From positions 8,288,001 through 8,352,000 of the forward strand of contig OY970303.1 of assembly GCA_963716255.1 (NCBI GenBank): 64,000 bases of DNA, written 5' to 3'. Below the pieces are notes generated by a model. That model worked only from the letters and a program-made list of their open reading frames with translations, had not been told where the DNA came from and ran no database searches. Shown here in pieces: positions 28,603 through 38,418 of this stretch. Both the position numbers and the translations under genes were made by a program. Positions within the stretch are counted from its first letter, which is position 1; every line of letters starts with the position of its first letter. The stretch is from an uncultured Gemmatimonadales bacterium. Lineage in GTDB: Bacteria; Gemmatimonadota; Gemmatimonadetes; Longimicrobiales; Longimicrobiaceae.

Positions 28603-31331
28603 CGTCCCCCCTTGAGCAGCCCAGAAAGCTTGTTCGGGCGCTTCATCGCCTCCGCCCACAGGTCCCCCACCTCCGCCACCCGCTCCGGCACCGTGTCCAT
28701 GGTGAACGCCTTGAGGCTCAGATCGTCCGTCAGCTCGTCCCAGCGGAGCGGCGTGGAGACCGTGGCCCCCGGCTTCGCGCGCACCGCGTACACCCCCGCC
28801 ACCGTCTTTCCCAGGATGTTCTGGAGGTAGTCCACGTACACCGTCCCCCGCGGCCGGCGGCGCGTCATCCGCTCCACGGTGGCGGCCTCCGGGTGGAGCG
28901 CCGCGACCCGCGTGGCGACGATCTGGGCCACCAGCGTGGCGGCCTCCAGCGGCGTCCGGGGCGGGAGGGGGAGGTAGATGTGCAGCCCGGAGGAGCCCGA
29001 CGTCTTCAACGCGCCGTGAAGGCCGAAGCGGTCCAGCTCCTCGCGGACCCAGCGGGCCACCTGGATCACCCGGCGGAAGCTCGCGCCGGGGCCCGGGTCC
29101 AGGTCCAGGATGGTGTAGTCGGCGAAGTCCAGCCGCCCGACCCGCGAGTGCCACGGGTCGTAGGAGACCGCTCCCAGCTGGATGGTGTGGAGAAGCGTGG
29201 CCAGGCTGCCGCCCACGAAGCGGCGCTGCGACGCGCCGCCCTCGCTCACGATCGTCTCCACCCGCACCCCCGGCGGCACCTCGTCCGGCGCGGACTGCTG
29301 GTAGAACGCCTCGCCCCCGATTCCGTCGGGGAAGCGCCTCAGCACCAGCGGCCGGTCCTTCATGGAAGGGAGGATATATTGCGCCATCCGGGCGTAATAA
29401 GCCAGGAGGTCCCCCTTGGTCCGCTTGGGACGGGTGAAGAACGCCTTCCCCAGGTTGGACACCTCCAGCCGCCCCCCCGCCAGCTCCAGCACCCCCTCGC
29501 CCCCCGCCGCCCGCACCGCCTCCACCTGCCCAACCACGTCCACCGCCCCCTTCCCCGCCCCGCGCCGCGCCCGCTTCTTCGCCCCGCCCGTCCGCGCCGC
29601 CCCGACACCCGCACTCGCCGTCTCCGCATCCACCTCGCCCACCGCCGACGACGACGCGGCCGGACCCACCGGCTCCCGCACCACGTCCCGGGCGTCCTTG
29701 TCGTCGCGCACCCCCAGGAACACCGGCTGCCGGAGCCTGCCCTCCGCCGTCCACTGGTTGAAGCGCACCTCCACCACCACCCGCGGCGACACCCAGTGCG
29801 CCGGCTGGTTGGTCTGCACCCGCGCCGAGAAGGGCGGCGTCTTCCGCTCCAGCGGCCCCAGCCGCCGCGCCATGTCCACCAGCCCCTTGCGTGTGAACCC
29901 CGTGCCCGTGTGCCCGGCGTAGACGAACTTCCCCTCGCCGTCGTAGTAGCCAAGCAGCAGCGCGCCGATGTGCTGCCGCGAGTTGCGCGGCTCCGTCCAC
30001 CCGCCCACCACGAACTCCTGCCGGTGCTCCAGCTTCAGCTTGCGCCAGGCGGAGGAGCGCTCCCCCGGCGTATACGTCGCGTCCGTGCGCTTCGCCACCA
30101 CACCCTCCCACCCCTCCGCCCGCCCCCGCTCCAGCAGCGCGTCGCGGTCCGCCGTCGTCTCCCCCAATCGCAGACGCTCCGTCGTGCGGCCGCGCAGCAG
30201 CGCCTCCAGGGCGGTGCGCCGGTCCGTCCACGGCGCCGCCGTCCACACCTCGTCCCCGTCCAGCAGCACGTCGAACACCACCAGCGACACCGGCGCGTCC
30301 GCCGCCCCCCGGCGGATCTCCCGGTCGTCGTCCTGGTGCATCCGCCCCTGGATCTCCCCGAACCGCCCCGGCCGCCCCCCTTCCGATACCGCCACCACCT
30401 CGCCATCCAGCACCACGGGCCGCCCCACTTCGGCCGCGAGTGCTCGCAGCGCGTCGGCCGCTTCCGGGAACTGCCGTGCCTTGTCGTTGCCGTTGCGCGT
30501 CAGCAGCACCGCCGAGTCCGCCGTGGCGAAGGCGAGCACCCGGATGCCGTCGTACTTGGGCTCGAAGGTCCACCCCTCGCCCCCGGGCGCCTGCGCCGCC
30601 GGCGTGGCCAGCATGGGCCGAAGCGAGGAAAGGTCCGGGAGCGCCGTCTCCTCGTGCTTCGGCTGCCGGGCCGGGGCCGGCGCGCCCGGCTTCGCGCGGT
30701 TGGAGCGCCAGGTGCGCCTGCCGCCCTTGCCCGCCGCGATTTCCTCCATCGTCCGTCCCGAATCCACCGACGTGGCCGCCTCCGCCGTCAGGTCGCGCGC
30801 CGGGTCCGCCGTTTCGTCGTCGTGCTTCACCAGCAGCCACTGCGGCTTGCCGTCCTCCTCGTCGCCCCGGCGCGTCCGCACCAGCGCCCACGAGCCGCGC
30901 AGCCGCTCGCCGTGAAAGGTGACGGAGACCCTGCCGCGCCGATGCGCCGCCAGCAGCGCCCGCCCCGGGTCCTTCTCCGGCGCCGCGTCGTCCACGGTGT
31001 AGGTGCCGCGGTCCCAGAGCATCACCGTGCCGCCCCCGTACTCCCCGCGGGGGATGGTCCCCTCGAAGGCGTTGTAGTCCATGGGGTGGTCCTCCACCTC
31101 CACCGCCAGACGCTTCACCGCCGGGTCCAGGCTGGGCCCCCTGGGGACCGCCCAGCTCTTCATCACCCCGCCCGCCTCCAGGCGCAGGTCGTAGTGGAGG
31201 TGGCTGGCCGCGTGCTTCTGCACCACGAAGGCGAGCCCGGCGGCCGCGCCGCGGCCCGGGGCCCCGCGGGGCTCCGGCGTCCTGCGGAAGTCGCGCTTTC
31301 GCCGGTACTCGGCGAGGGAGGAGCCGGGCAT
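28599..31331 (-). CDS. ligD: DNA ligase D (phosphoesterase-ligase-polymerase)
   Basis: FVVQKHAASHLHYDLRLE (PE), EPKYDGIR and EGVVAK (ligase), DLDPGP, KTSGSSGLHI, YVDYLQN (POL). Confidence 0.96.
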   Translation of the reverse strand: MPGSSLAEYRRKRDFRRTPEPRGAPGRGAAAGLAFVVQKHAASHLHYDLRLEAGGVMKSWAVPRGPSLDPAVKRLAVEVEDHPMDYNAFEGTIPRGEYGGGTVMLWDRGTYTVDDAAPEKDPGRALLAAHRRGRVSVTFHGERLRGSWALVRTRRGDEEDGKPQWLLVKHDDETADPARDLTAEAATSVDSGRTMEEIAAGKGGRRTWRSNRAKPGAPAPARQPKHEETALPDLSSLRPMLATPAAQAPGGEGWTFEPKYDGIRVLAFATADSAVLLTRNGNDKARQFPEAADALRALAAEVGRPVVLDGEVVAVSEGGRPGRFGEIQGRMHQDDDREIRRGAADAPVSLVVFDVLLDGDEVWTAAPWTDRRTALEALLRGRTTERLRLGETTADRDALLERGRAEGWEGVVAKRTDATYTPGERSSAWRKLKLEHRQEFVVGGWTEPRNSRQHIGALLLGYYDGEGKFVYAGHTGTGFTRKGLVDMARRLGPLERKTPPFSARVQTNQPAHWVSPRVVVEVRFNQWTAEGRLRQPVFLGVRDDKDARDVVREPVGPAASSSAVGEVDAETASAGVGAARTGGAKKRARRGAGKGAVDVVGQVEAVRAAGGEGVLELAGGRLEVSNLGKAFFTRPKRTKGDLLAYYARMAQYILPSMKDRPLVLRRFPDGIGGEAFYQQSAPDEVPPGVRVETIVSEGGASQRRFVGGSLATLLHTIQLGAVSYDPWHSRVGRLDFADYTILDLDPGPGASFRRVIQVARWVREELDRFGLHGALKTSGSSGLHIYLPLPPRTPLEAATLVAQIVATRVAALHPEAATVERMTRRRPRGTVYVDYLQNILGKTVAGVYAVRAKPGATVSTPLRWDELTDDLSLKAFTMDTVPERVAEVGDLWAEAMKRPNKLSGLLKGGR

Positions 31332-31334
31332 GCG

Positions 31335-32189
31335 TCAGGCGCTCTTCCGCTTGGCCGTCTTCTTGGCGGCCGGCGCGGACGCCGCCTTCTTCTTCGCCGC
31401 CGCGGGCTTCGCGCCGCCTTTCTTTTCCAGGCTCTTCTGCAGGCGCTCCATCAGGTCGATGACCCCCGTGGGCTCCGGCTCCGCCGCCTCCTTGAGGACC
31501 ACCTTCTTGCCCTTGAGCTTGGCGTTGATGATCCGCTGCAGGTTGGCGTGGTACTCGTCCTTGTACTTGGCCGGCTCGAACTCGCCGGTGAGGCTGGTGA
31601 CCAGCTGCTCCGCCATCTTCAGTTCCTGCGGGCGGATCCCGTCCGCGACCGGGAACGAGAACTCGGTCTGCTCCACCACCTCGCTCGCGAAGCGCATCAG
31701 GTCCAGCACCAGCGCCTCCCCCACCACCTTCACGCCGGCCAGGTACTGCTTCTGCCGCAGGGTGATGGTGCCGATCCCCACCGTCCCCGTCTCCCGCATG
31801 GCCTCGCGGAGGAGCGCGTACGCCTTGCCGCCCTGGCCGGTGGGCACCAGGTAGTAGGGCTTCTCGAAGTAGCGCGGGTCGATCTCGTCCTCGCGCACGA
31901 AGTCCTGGATGTCGAAGGTCTTGGAGGTGGCGAGCGCCGCCTTCTTGAAGTCGTCCTCGCTCAGCACCACGAACTTCCCCTTCTCGTACTCGAAGCCCTT
32001 CACCACCTGGTCCCAGGGGACCGGCTCGCCCTTCCTGTCCTTACAGACCCGCTCGTAGCCCAGGGGGCAGTGGTCCTTCTCGCGGAGGAGCTTGAAGCTG
32101 ATCCCCTCCTCGCGCACCGCGCTGTGCAGACCGACCGGGATGTTCACCAGGCCGAAGTTGATGCTGCCCTTCCAGATGGTGCTCGCCAT
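31335..32189 (-). CDS. ku: NHEJ Ku protein
   Basis: IWKGSINFGLVNIPV, VVKGFEY, YFEKPYYL, VIDLMERLQKSL, basic tail. Confidence 0.95.
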   Translation of the reverse strand: MASTIWKGSINFGLVNIPVGLHSAVREEGISFKLLREKDHCPLGYERVCKDRKGEPVPWDQVVKGFEYEKGKFVVLSEDDFKKAALATSKTFDIQDFVREDEIDPRYFEKPYYLVPTGQGGKAYALLREAMRETGTVGIGTITLRQKQYLAGVKVVGEALVLDLMRFASEVVEQTEFSFPVADGIRPQELKMAEQLVTSLTGEFEPAKYKDEYHANLQRIINAKLKGKKVVLKEAAEPEPTGVIDLMERLQKSLEKKGGAKPAAAKKKAASAPAAKKTAKRKSA

Positions 32190-32285
32190 GGGTGCCTCGG
32201 GTGTCGTACCGTGTCCCGTCTCAGGGGATGGGGCCAAAAGCAAATCGGATGCCGCCGCATCGCCTAAATAGGCTTTAGGCATGAT

Positions 32286-32309
32286 GTTACGAGTTACGTA
32301 TCGCGTAAC
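32286..32309. promoter_or_regulatory. Palindromic operator-like site between ku and the HigA-like gene
   Basis: GTTACG-TATCG-CGTAAC (32293-32309) with an extra GTTACG half-site at 32286, in an AT-rich patch. Confidence 0.5.
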
Positions 32310-32378
32310 AAAGCTTTCGTCGGGGCACGCGAAGTGCTATGTTGTGGAAGCCCTTGGAACCGCCGACCCGGGTGAGAG

Positions 32379-32990
32379 ATGATCGCGCTTCCCAGCACCG
32401 AACCCCCGCGCAGCCCGGGGCAGCTCCTCAAGGACGCGCTGCAGGGCTCCGCCGACGCCCAGGACCTGCACGCCGTGCGGCTGGGGATCTCGCGCCGCAG
32501 GCTCAACGAGATCCTCAACGAGCGCCGCGGCGTCACCGCCGACTCGGCGCTGCGGCTGGCCCGCTACCTGGGCACCACGCCGGAGTTCTGGCTGGAGGCG
32601 CAGACCGCGCACGACCTGGCGGAGGCCTGCCGCGATCGCCGGCTGATGCGCGAGATCGAGGGGATCGTCCCGCTGCGCTCCGCCGGCTCGCGCCCGCACG
32701 GCGTGCTCCGGCTGGTGGGCGCCGCGGACCCCGGGGAGGCCGGAGAGGCGCCCGCCGCCGCGGACGCGCCCCCGCCGGAGGGCGAGGCCGACGCCGCCCT
32801 GCGGCGCGAGATGGAGCTGCTGAGGGCCGCGGTGGCGCGGCAGGGGCGCGAGCTGAGAGAAGCGGCCATGCTCAGGGAGTTCCTGCGGGGAAAGGGCCTC
32901 CTGCGGGAGGCCGAGCGGTACGCGCGGGTGAAGTCGTCGCTGCAGGGGATGGAGCCCGAGGGAGAACCGGCCGCCGCGCGGGAGGACTGA
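32379..32990 (+). CDS. HigA/VapI-like XRE HTH protein with C-terminal extension
   Basis: SPGQLL, LAVRLGISRRRLNEILNERRGVTADSALRLARYLGTTPEFWL-type HigA signature, then ~110 extra aa with a coiled-coil-like segment. Confidence 0.8.
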   Translation: MIALPSTEPPRSPGQLLKDALQGSADAQDLHAVRLGISRRRLNEILNERRGVTADSALRLARYLGTTPEFWLEAQTAHDLAEACRDRRLMREIEGIVPLRSAGSRPHGVLRLVGAADPGEAGEAPAAADAPPPEGEADAALRREMELLRAAVARQGRELREAAMLREFLRGKGLLREAERYARVKSSLQGMEPEGEPAAARED

Positions 32991-33123
32991 GCGGCGGCGA
33001 GCGGGCCGCGCGCCGTGCTTGCCCGGCGGGGCCGCCGCGGCGTAGATTGCAGCTCTCCCCGTCGCGCCACGGCTCCCCCGGCGCGCTCCCGTCCCCGGCG
33101 GCCAAACACGCCGAACAGGCGAC

Positions 33124-33921
33124 ATGTCCCACGTCATCGCCATCGCCAACCAGAAGGGCGGGGTCGGCAAGACCACGACCGCGGTCAACCTCGGCGCCAG
33201 CCTGGCCGCGGCGGAGCTGCGCACGCTCATCATCGACCTGGACCCGCAGGGAAACACCACCAGCGGGCTGGGCGTGGACCCCTACGAGCAGAGCGCCTCC
33301 CTGTACAGCGTGCTGCTGGACATGGCGCCGCTGGGAATGGCCATCTCGCGCTCCGTGCACCTTCCCCTGCTGGACGTGGTCCCCACCACGGTCGACCTGG
33401 CCGGCGCCGAGGTGGAGCTCCCCGAGATGCCCGAGTGGCAGCTCCGCCTGCGCGGCGCGCTCGCCAGCCTGCGGGGGCTCTACGACTACGTCCTGCTGGA
33501 CTGCTCCCCTTCCTTCTCCGTGCTCACGCTCAACGCCCTGAGCGCCGCCGACTCGGTGCTCGTGCCCGTGCAGGCCGAGTACTTCGCGCTGGAGGGACTG
33601 TCGCAGTTCACCGACCTGGTGCGCGTCGTCCGGCAGCACCTCAACCCGGGGCTCCGCGTGGAGGGCGTGCTGCTCACCATGGTGGACCCGCGCCTCGGGC
33701 TCACGCGGCAGGTGACGGACGAAGTCCGCAGGCACTTCGGCGCCGAGCTGCTTCAGACGGTGATCCCCCGCAACGTCACCCTGGCCGAGGCGCCGGGGTT
33801 CGGCAAGCCGGTGCTCACCTACCGGATCGACTCCGCCGGCGCGCAGGCGTACCTGGCCCTCGCCCGCGAGATCATCGGCCGCACGCGCGCCCCGCGCATG
33901 CCCCGGCGGGCCGCCGGCTGA
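33124..33921 (+). CDS. ParA/Soj family ATPase (no adjacent parB)
   Basis: NQKGGVGKTTT, DLDPQGN, LDCSPS, PVQAEYFALEGL, IPRNVTLAEAP. Confidence 0.92.
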   Translation: MSHVIAIANQKGGVGKTTTAVNLGASLAAAELRTLIIDLDPQGNTTSGLGVDPYEQSASLYSVLLDMAPLGMAISRSVHLPLLDVVPTTVDLAGAEVELPEMPEWQLRLRGALASLRGLYDYVLLDCSPSFSVLTLNALSAADSVLVPVQAEYFALEGLSQFTDLVRVVRQHLNPGLRVEGVLLTMVDPRLGLTRQVTDEVRRHFGAELLQTVIPRNVTLAEAPGFGKPVLTYRIDSAGAQAYLALAREIIGRTRAPRMPRRAAG

Positions 33922-34106
33922 GCATTCCGGCGGCACGCGGCGGGTTCTTCCCGTTCCTTTCCGATACCTTCCGTTACACCATTTTCGGCCCCCGCGGGAC
34001 GATTCTCCGCGCCCCCATTCAGCCACCGGAAAGCAAGTGCCGCCCCCGCATCAACTTACACGTAAACCTTTACTATACTTGTACTTAACGTAATCGTCAC
34101 AACCCG

Positions 34107-34135
34107 TTGACGCACCCGGTCTACCGCCCTATACT
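34107..34135 (+). promoter_or_regulatory. Near-consensus sigma70 promoter
   Basis: TTGACG - 17 bp - TATACT, preceded by an AT-rich tract. Confidence 0.7.
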
Positions 34136-34237
34136 TGTCGGGCCGAGAACAGCACACCGCATCTCCCTGAAGTCCCGATCCCTCTCGTTCTGCGCTTCGA
34201 ACGTTCCTTCTTTCGGTCCCGCCCGGGGGTTTTCAAG

Positions 34238-34429
34238 ATGGCAGATCTGCGTCCGGTCACGTTGAGCCTCGACCTTCCGTCCGACGTCGCCGCACAGGTG
34301 GAGGCGCTTCAGCGGGAGCAGCCGGAGGTCCTGAGCCAGGGACTTCGCTACGTGGTGCTCCGGCGCGAGATCTTCAACGTGCTCGCCACCGCCGGAGCGG
34401 GGCGCCTGGAGCCGAGGCTGTTGACGTAG
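34238..34429 (+). CDS. Small hypothetical protein (ribbon-helix-helix-like pattern)
   Basis: VTLSLDLPSDVAAQVEAL beta-then-helix pattern; downstream of the promoter. Confidence 0.55.
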   Translation: MADLRPVTLSLDLPSDVAAQVEALQREQPEVLSQGLRYVVLRREIFNVLATAGAGRLEPRLLT

Positions 34430-34488
34430 TCGCAATGGGAGCGTATTAGTTGGTGTGGGGACAATGCCGCTGCTACGCTCCCGACCCC

Positions 34489-34842
34489 ATGCCGCAACTC
34501 GAAGCAAACGAGCTCAGGACCCGGTACACAGACTGGTGCTCGGCGCGCATTGCCGAGCACCTGCTGGCCATGTCGCCGGAAGAGGTGTTCCTGCTCAGCG
34601 AGAGGGGCACCCGCAGCGACGAGACCCCGGCGCCGGACGAGGCGGCGGGGTCGTTTGCATTGCACAGCCGGTACTCGCGCGCCGAGCAGAGCATCCGGGC
34701 GGCGTACCAGGAGCTGGGGCTTCCCGCGTTCGAGGAGTGGCTGGCCGAGTACGCGGCCGATCCGGCCCGGTTCGACGCGGACATCCTGGGGTTCCGCCGT
34801 GCCGCCGAGCGAGGAGATCGGCTTCCCCGTACAGGCACGTAG
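34489..34842 (+). CDS. Hypothetical protein
   Basis: Protein-like composition (YTDWCSARIAEHLL, LPAFEEWLAEY); no family recognised. Confidence 0.6.
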   Translation: MPQLEANELRTRYTDWCSARIAEHLLAMSPEEVFLLSERGTRSDETPAPDEAAGSFALHSRYSRAEQSIRAAYQELGLPAFEEWLAEYAADPARFDADILGFRRAAERGDRLPRTGT

Positions 34843-34859
34843 AGTGTAACTGCGGGTTC

Positions 34860-34991
34860 GGGCGTGTCCCCGGCTGGCGCCGGGGTCGGGCTTCGGCTCC
34901 GTAACGCACGAAACAACCGTGCGTTACGGAGTCGAGCCCCGGCAAACTGCCGCCGGGTCTCGCCCCTTCGGGCCGTAATCCCTCACGCGGG
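34860..34991 (-). repeat. Dispersed structured repeat, copy 4 (type I)
   Basis: GGGCGTGTCCCCGGCTGGCGCCGGGGTCGGGCTTCGG...CCCTCACGCGGG. Confidence 0.95.
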
Positions 34992-34995
34992 GCTC

Positions 34996-35071
34996 GCGCT
35001 GGCGTCCGCTGAGGGCCCCCACCCGGCTCGCTTAGGCTCGCCACCCTCCCCCAATTCTGGGGGAGGGCTTT
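34996..35071 (+). repeat. Second repeat family (linker plus CCCTCCCCCA/TGGGGGAGGG hairpin)
   Basis: Near-identical to 57875-57952. Confidence 0.85.
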
Positions 35072-35292
35072 CTGTCGTGCGGGGTTGTTGCCGTTGCGAT
35101 CTGCGCAGGGAGGTCGGGGGAGGGTCCACAGGCGGTGCGTTTTTTCGAAGCCAGCGTGATCCAACCCTCGCGCGGAGGGCTGGCGAGTTTCGCACCGCCG
35201 GAGGAGCCTCCCCCGGCCGACCCCATACACTGCACCATCCGCAGCGCGCCCGTCGTTCCCTGCCCCGCCGAGCTGCGCTTCCGGACCGACGT

Positions 35293-36291
35293 TCAGCTGC
35301 CGGTCCTCACCCGCCCCGGAGGCTCCTCGCCGCGCTCGAAGGCGCTGACGTTGGCGAGCGTGGTGTCCGCGATGGCGTGGAGGGCTTCCTCGGTGAAGAA
35401 GCCCTGGTGCGCCGTAACCAGCACGTTGGGAAAGGTCAGCAGGCGCGCGAAGACGTCGTCAGCGATCACGTCGCCGGAGTGGTCCTCGAAGAACAGCTCC
35501 GCCTCCTCCTCGTACACGTCCAGCCCCAGCGCCCCGATCCTGCCGCGCTTCAGCGCGTCGATCACCGCGGGCGTGTCCACCAGCGCGCCGCGGCCCGTGT
35601 TGATCAGCATCACGCCGTCCTTCATGCGCGCGAGCGCGGCGGCATCGACCACGTGGTGGGTCTCGGGGGTGAGCGGGCAGTGCAGCGCGACCACGTCCGC
35701 CTCCGCGAACAGCGTGGCCAGGGGAACGTAGCGGGCGCCCAGCGCCTCCACCTCCGGCCGGGGGTACGGGTCCGCCGCGAGCAGCCGGCAGCCGAAGCCG
35801 GCCATGATGCGCGCGAACGCCTCGCCGATCTTTCCCGTCCCCACCACGCCCACGGTCCGGCCGTGCAGGTCGAAGCCCAGCAGCCCGTCCAGGGAGAAGT
35901 TGCCCTCCCGCACCCGGTTGTACGCCCGGTGGATCTTACGGTCCAGCGCCAGGATCAACCCCACGGCGTGCTCCGCCACCGCGTAGGGCGAATAGGCCGG
36001 GACGCGCGTCACCACCATCCCCAGCTCCCCGGCCGCGCGGAGGTCCACGTGGTTGAACCCCGCCGAGCGCAGCGCCACCAGCCCGGTCCCGCCCTCCGCC
36101 AGCGTCCGGAGCACCCCGGCCGAGAGCTGGTCGTTCACGAACGCGCATACCGCCGGGAAGCCGCGCGCGAGCGGCGCGGTCTCCGGGGTGAGGCGCGGCT
36201 CCAGGAAGACGAGCTCGTGTCCGTGGGACGCGTTGGCCGCCTCGATCGACTCCCGGTCGTAGCGTTTGGTGCTGAAGACCGCGATCCTCAT
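35293..36291 (-). CDS. ldhA: D-lactate dehydrogenase / 2-hydroxyacid dehydrogenase
   Basis: [53 protein letters not shown]. Confidence 0.9.
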   Translation of the reverse strand: MRIAVFSTKRYDRESIEAANASHGHELVFLEPRLTPETAPLARGFPAVCAFVNDQLSAGVLRTLAEGGTGLVALRSAGFNHVDLRAAGELGMVVTRVPAYSPYAVAEHAVGLILALDRKIHRAYNRVREGNFSLDGLLGFDLHGRTVGVVGTGKIGEAFARIMAGFGCRLLAADPYPRPEVEALGARYVPLATLFAEADVVALHCPLTPETHHVVDAAALARMKDGVMLINTGRGALVDTPAVIDALKRGRIGALGLDVYEEEAELFFEDHSGDVIADDVFARLLTFPNVLVTAHQGFFTEEALHAIADTTLANVSAFERGEEPPGRVRTGS

Positions 36292-36850
36292 GCGTCCGCT
36301 TCACCCTCCGGCACCAGGAACCACGCCACCGCCTCGCGGGCGATGTCCGCCGGGACCGTGTGGCCGCCTTCGAACTCGTGGTAGGTCACGTCGTACCCGG
36401 CGCGGCTCACCCGCGGGACGATCCTGCGGCTGCACGCGTCGATGGGGAGCACCCGGTCCGCGGTGCCGTGGAAGATGAACAGGCGCGGCGCTCCCTCCTG
36501 CCGGGCGGGCGCCATGAAGCCGGCGGAGAAGGCGATCACGCGGGTGAACAGGCCGCCGTTCATGGTCCCCATGGAGAACGCGTACGAGGCCCCGTCCGAG
36601 AAGCCGCCCACCGCGAGTCGCTCCGGGGCCACCGCCACCCGCCCGAACGCCTCGCCCAGGGCGTGGTCCAGCGCCTCCACGTCGGGGCCGTAGCCGCCGC
36701 GCATCACGTCCCACGTCTGGTGGGCCGAGTCGGTGGCGAGCAGCAGCATCCCCGACATCGTCCGCCAGCGGCATCAGCGCGGCCAGCCCGTTCCGCGCGT
36801 CGCCTCCGGCCCCGTGGAACATCACCGCCAGCGGCGGCGCCTCCCCGGCG
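36288..36850 (-). pseudogene. Frameshifted phospholipase/carboxylesterase
   Basis: PLAVMFHGAGG...PLADDVG in one frame continues as MLLLATDS..TWD, GFSDG, FHGTAD, GGHTV in another; the shift is at a G4 run (36750-36753). The 5' end is not recognisable. Confidence 0.7.
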
Positions 36851-36909
36851 CCCCCGGCCACCCGGGAAGAACCCGGGGAGCAGGTTGCGGGCCGCCGCGC
36901 CACGCACCA

Positions 36910-37045
36910 CCCGCATGAGGGATTCCGGCCCGCAGGGGAGAGACCCGGCGGGGTAGTTTCCGCCGGGGCTCGACTCCGTTACGCACAGTTTTATCGTGCG
37001 TTACGGAGCCGAAGCCCGACCCCGGCGCCAGCCGGGGGCATGCCC
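36910..37045 (+). repeat. Dispersed structured repeat, copy 5 (type I)
   Basis: CCCGCATGAGGGAT...GGGGGCATGCCC; both termini carry a compensatory change. Confidence 0.93.
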
Positions 37046-37076
37046 GCACCCCTCCTTTCCGTTCTCAGTACGAACG

Positions 37077-37107
37077 AAAAACCCCACCGCAACCAGTGCG
37101 GCGGGGT
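37077..37107 (-). terminator. Rho-independent terminator
   Basis: Minus strand ACCCCGCCGCA-CTGGT-TGCGGTGGGGT followed by a T run. Confidence 0.7.
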
Positions 37108-37134
37108 CGTCCCGTTCCCCTTCTTCAGTTCAGC

Positions 37135-38166
37135 TTACCGCGCGACCGCAAAACCCGTGACCGCGAGCGACGGCTGCGTGGTGAAGGCGTGCGCCACGGC
37201 CAGCCCGTCGGAGGCGGTGGTCACCGGCACGCCCAGGAGCCAGAGCGCCGTCGCCGCCGTGTCCATGGTGCGGATCCCGTCGGCCAGCTGGGTGCCGCCG
37301 CGGACGCCCTTGCCCCAGGTGATCCAGGGGATGGTCACGTCGCGCGGGTCGCTGCTGCCATGGTTCCAGCCGTGCCCGCCGTGGTCCGCGGTGACGATCA
37401 CGGTGTAGTTCCCCTTGCCGAACGCCCGGTCCGACGCCTCCAGCACCGACTCCACCGCGTCGTCGGCCTGGCGCACCGCGCGGCCGTACATCCACCCCAT
37501 CCACCCCCAGAAGTGCCCCGCGTAGTCCGGCTCCCCGATGTGCACGAACATCAGGTTGGGCCTGTCGGTCTCCAGGTACGCCTCCACCTGGCGCACCGTC
37601 TGGGCGGCGGTCAGCTTGCCCGTCCGGGGGGAGTTGACGTGGCTCAGCGACTGCGGCACCTCCAGGTGGTGGAACTTGGTCTTGCTGAAGAACGCCGCCG
37701 TCTTCAGGCCGCGCGCGTGCGCCGCCGCGAAGATCGTGGGCACCTCCACCACGCCGTGCGTCTCGGTCTCGTCCGTGTTCCAGGTGATGCCGTGGTCCGC
37801 CGGCTCCACCCCGGTGAGCATGGAGGTGTGCGACGGGAGCGTCTTGCTGGGCATGATGGTGCGCGCCGCCAGCGTGTAGCTCCCCTCGCGCATCAGCCGC
37901 TGGAGCGTCCCCGCGCGGAAGCGGCGGATGGCGTCGGGGCGCAGCCCGTCGAGCGAGATCACCACCACGTGCTGCGTGAAGCCGCCGTGGAACGGGGTGG
38001 TCACCGAGGGCGTGCCCGGGTTCGCGGGCGTCACCTCGGCCCTGAAGTCGAAGCGCGCCAGGTCGTCCAGGTCGAATTCCGCCGGCCACGAAAAGGCGCC
38101 CAGCACGACCACGGACGACAGCACGGACAGCGCCCGGACGGGGATGCGGCGTCGAAGGGTAGGCAT
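37135..38166 (-). CDS. Alkaline phosphatase superfamily / nucleotide pyrophosphatase-phosphodiesterase
   Basis: VISLDGLRPD, KTLPSHTSMLTG, PDYAGH, TADHGG; N-terminal hydrophobic segment. Confidence 0.88.
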   Translation of the reverse strand: MPTLRRRIPVRALSVLSSVVVLGAFSWPAEFDLDDLARFDFRAEVTPANPGTPSVTTPFHGGFTQHVVVISLDGLRPDAIRRFRAGTLQRLMREGSYTLAARTIMPSKTLPSHTSMLTGVEPADHGITWNTDETETHGVVEVPTIFAAAHARGLKTAAFFSKTKFHHLEVPQSLSHVNSPRTGKLTAAQTVRQVEAYLETDRPNLMFVHIGEPDYAGHFWGWMGWMYGRAVRQADDAVESVLEASDRAFGKGNYTVIVTADHGGHGWNHGSSDPRDVTIPWITWGKGVRGGTQLADGIRTMDTAATALWLLGVPVTTASDGLAVAHAFTTQPSLAVTGFAVAR

Positions 38167-38355
38167 GGGCTTTCCTCCAGCTCGGGGGCGGGGCCGCGCG
38201 GCAGCGAGCCCGTGGAGCAGGCGCGGGAGAGCGCCGGCCGGCACGGGAGGCCACGATCTATCTTTTTCGCGTGTAATAACTTAACACATCGGGAAAAGTT
38301 CCGGTAGACGGACGGGTGGCAACGCCCGGCCTTCGAGACTTGCCGCCGCGGAGAC

Positions 38356-38393
38356 AAAAAGAAGAGGCGCCCCGGCGTGTGCCGGGGCGCCTC
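38356..38393 (-). terminator. Rho-independent terminator after rpmA
   Basis: GAGGCGCCCCGGC-N4-GCCGGGGCGCCTC followed by TTCTTTTT on the minus strand. Confidence 0.75.
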
Positions 38394-38418
38394 GTGCCGC
38401 CAGGTGCCGCGCGCCGCC

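Noticed and set aside
28422..32267. 1281-aa plus-strand ORF
   Set aside because: Antisense to ligD and ku; no domain motifs.
32379..32990. Complete HigBA toxin-antitoxin pair
   Set aside because: No RelE/HigB-like ORF is adjacent; only the antitoxin-like HTH is present.
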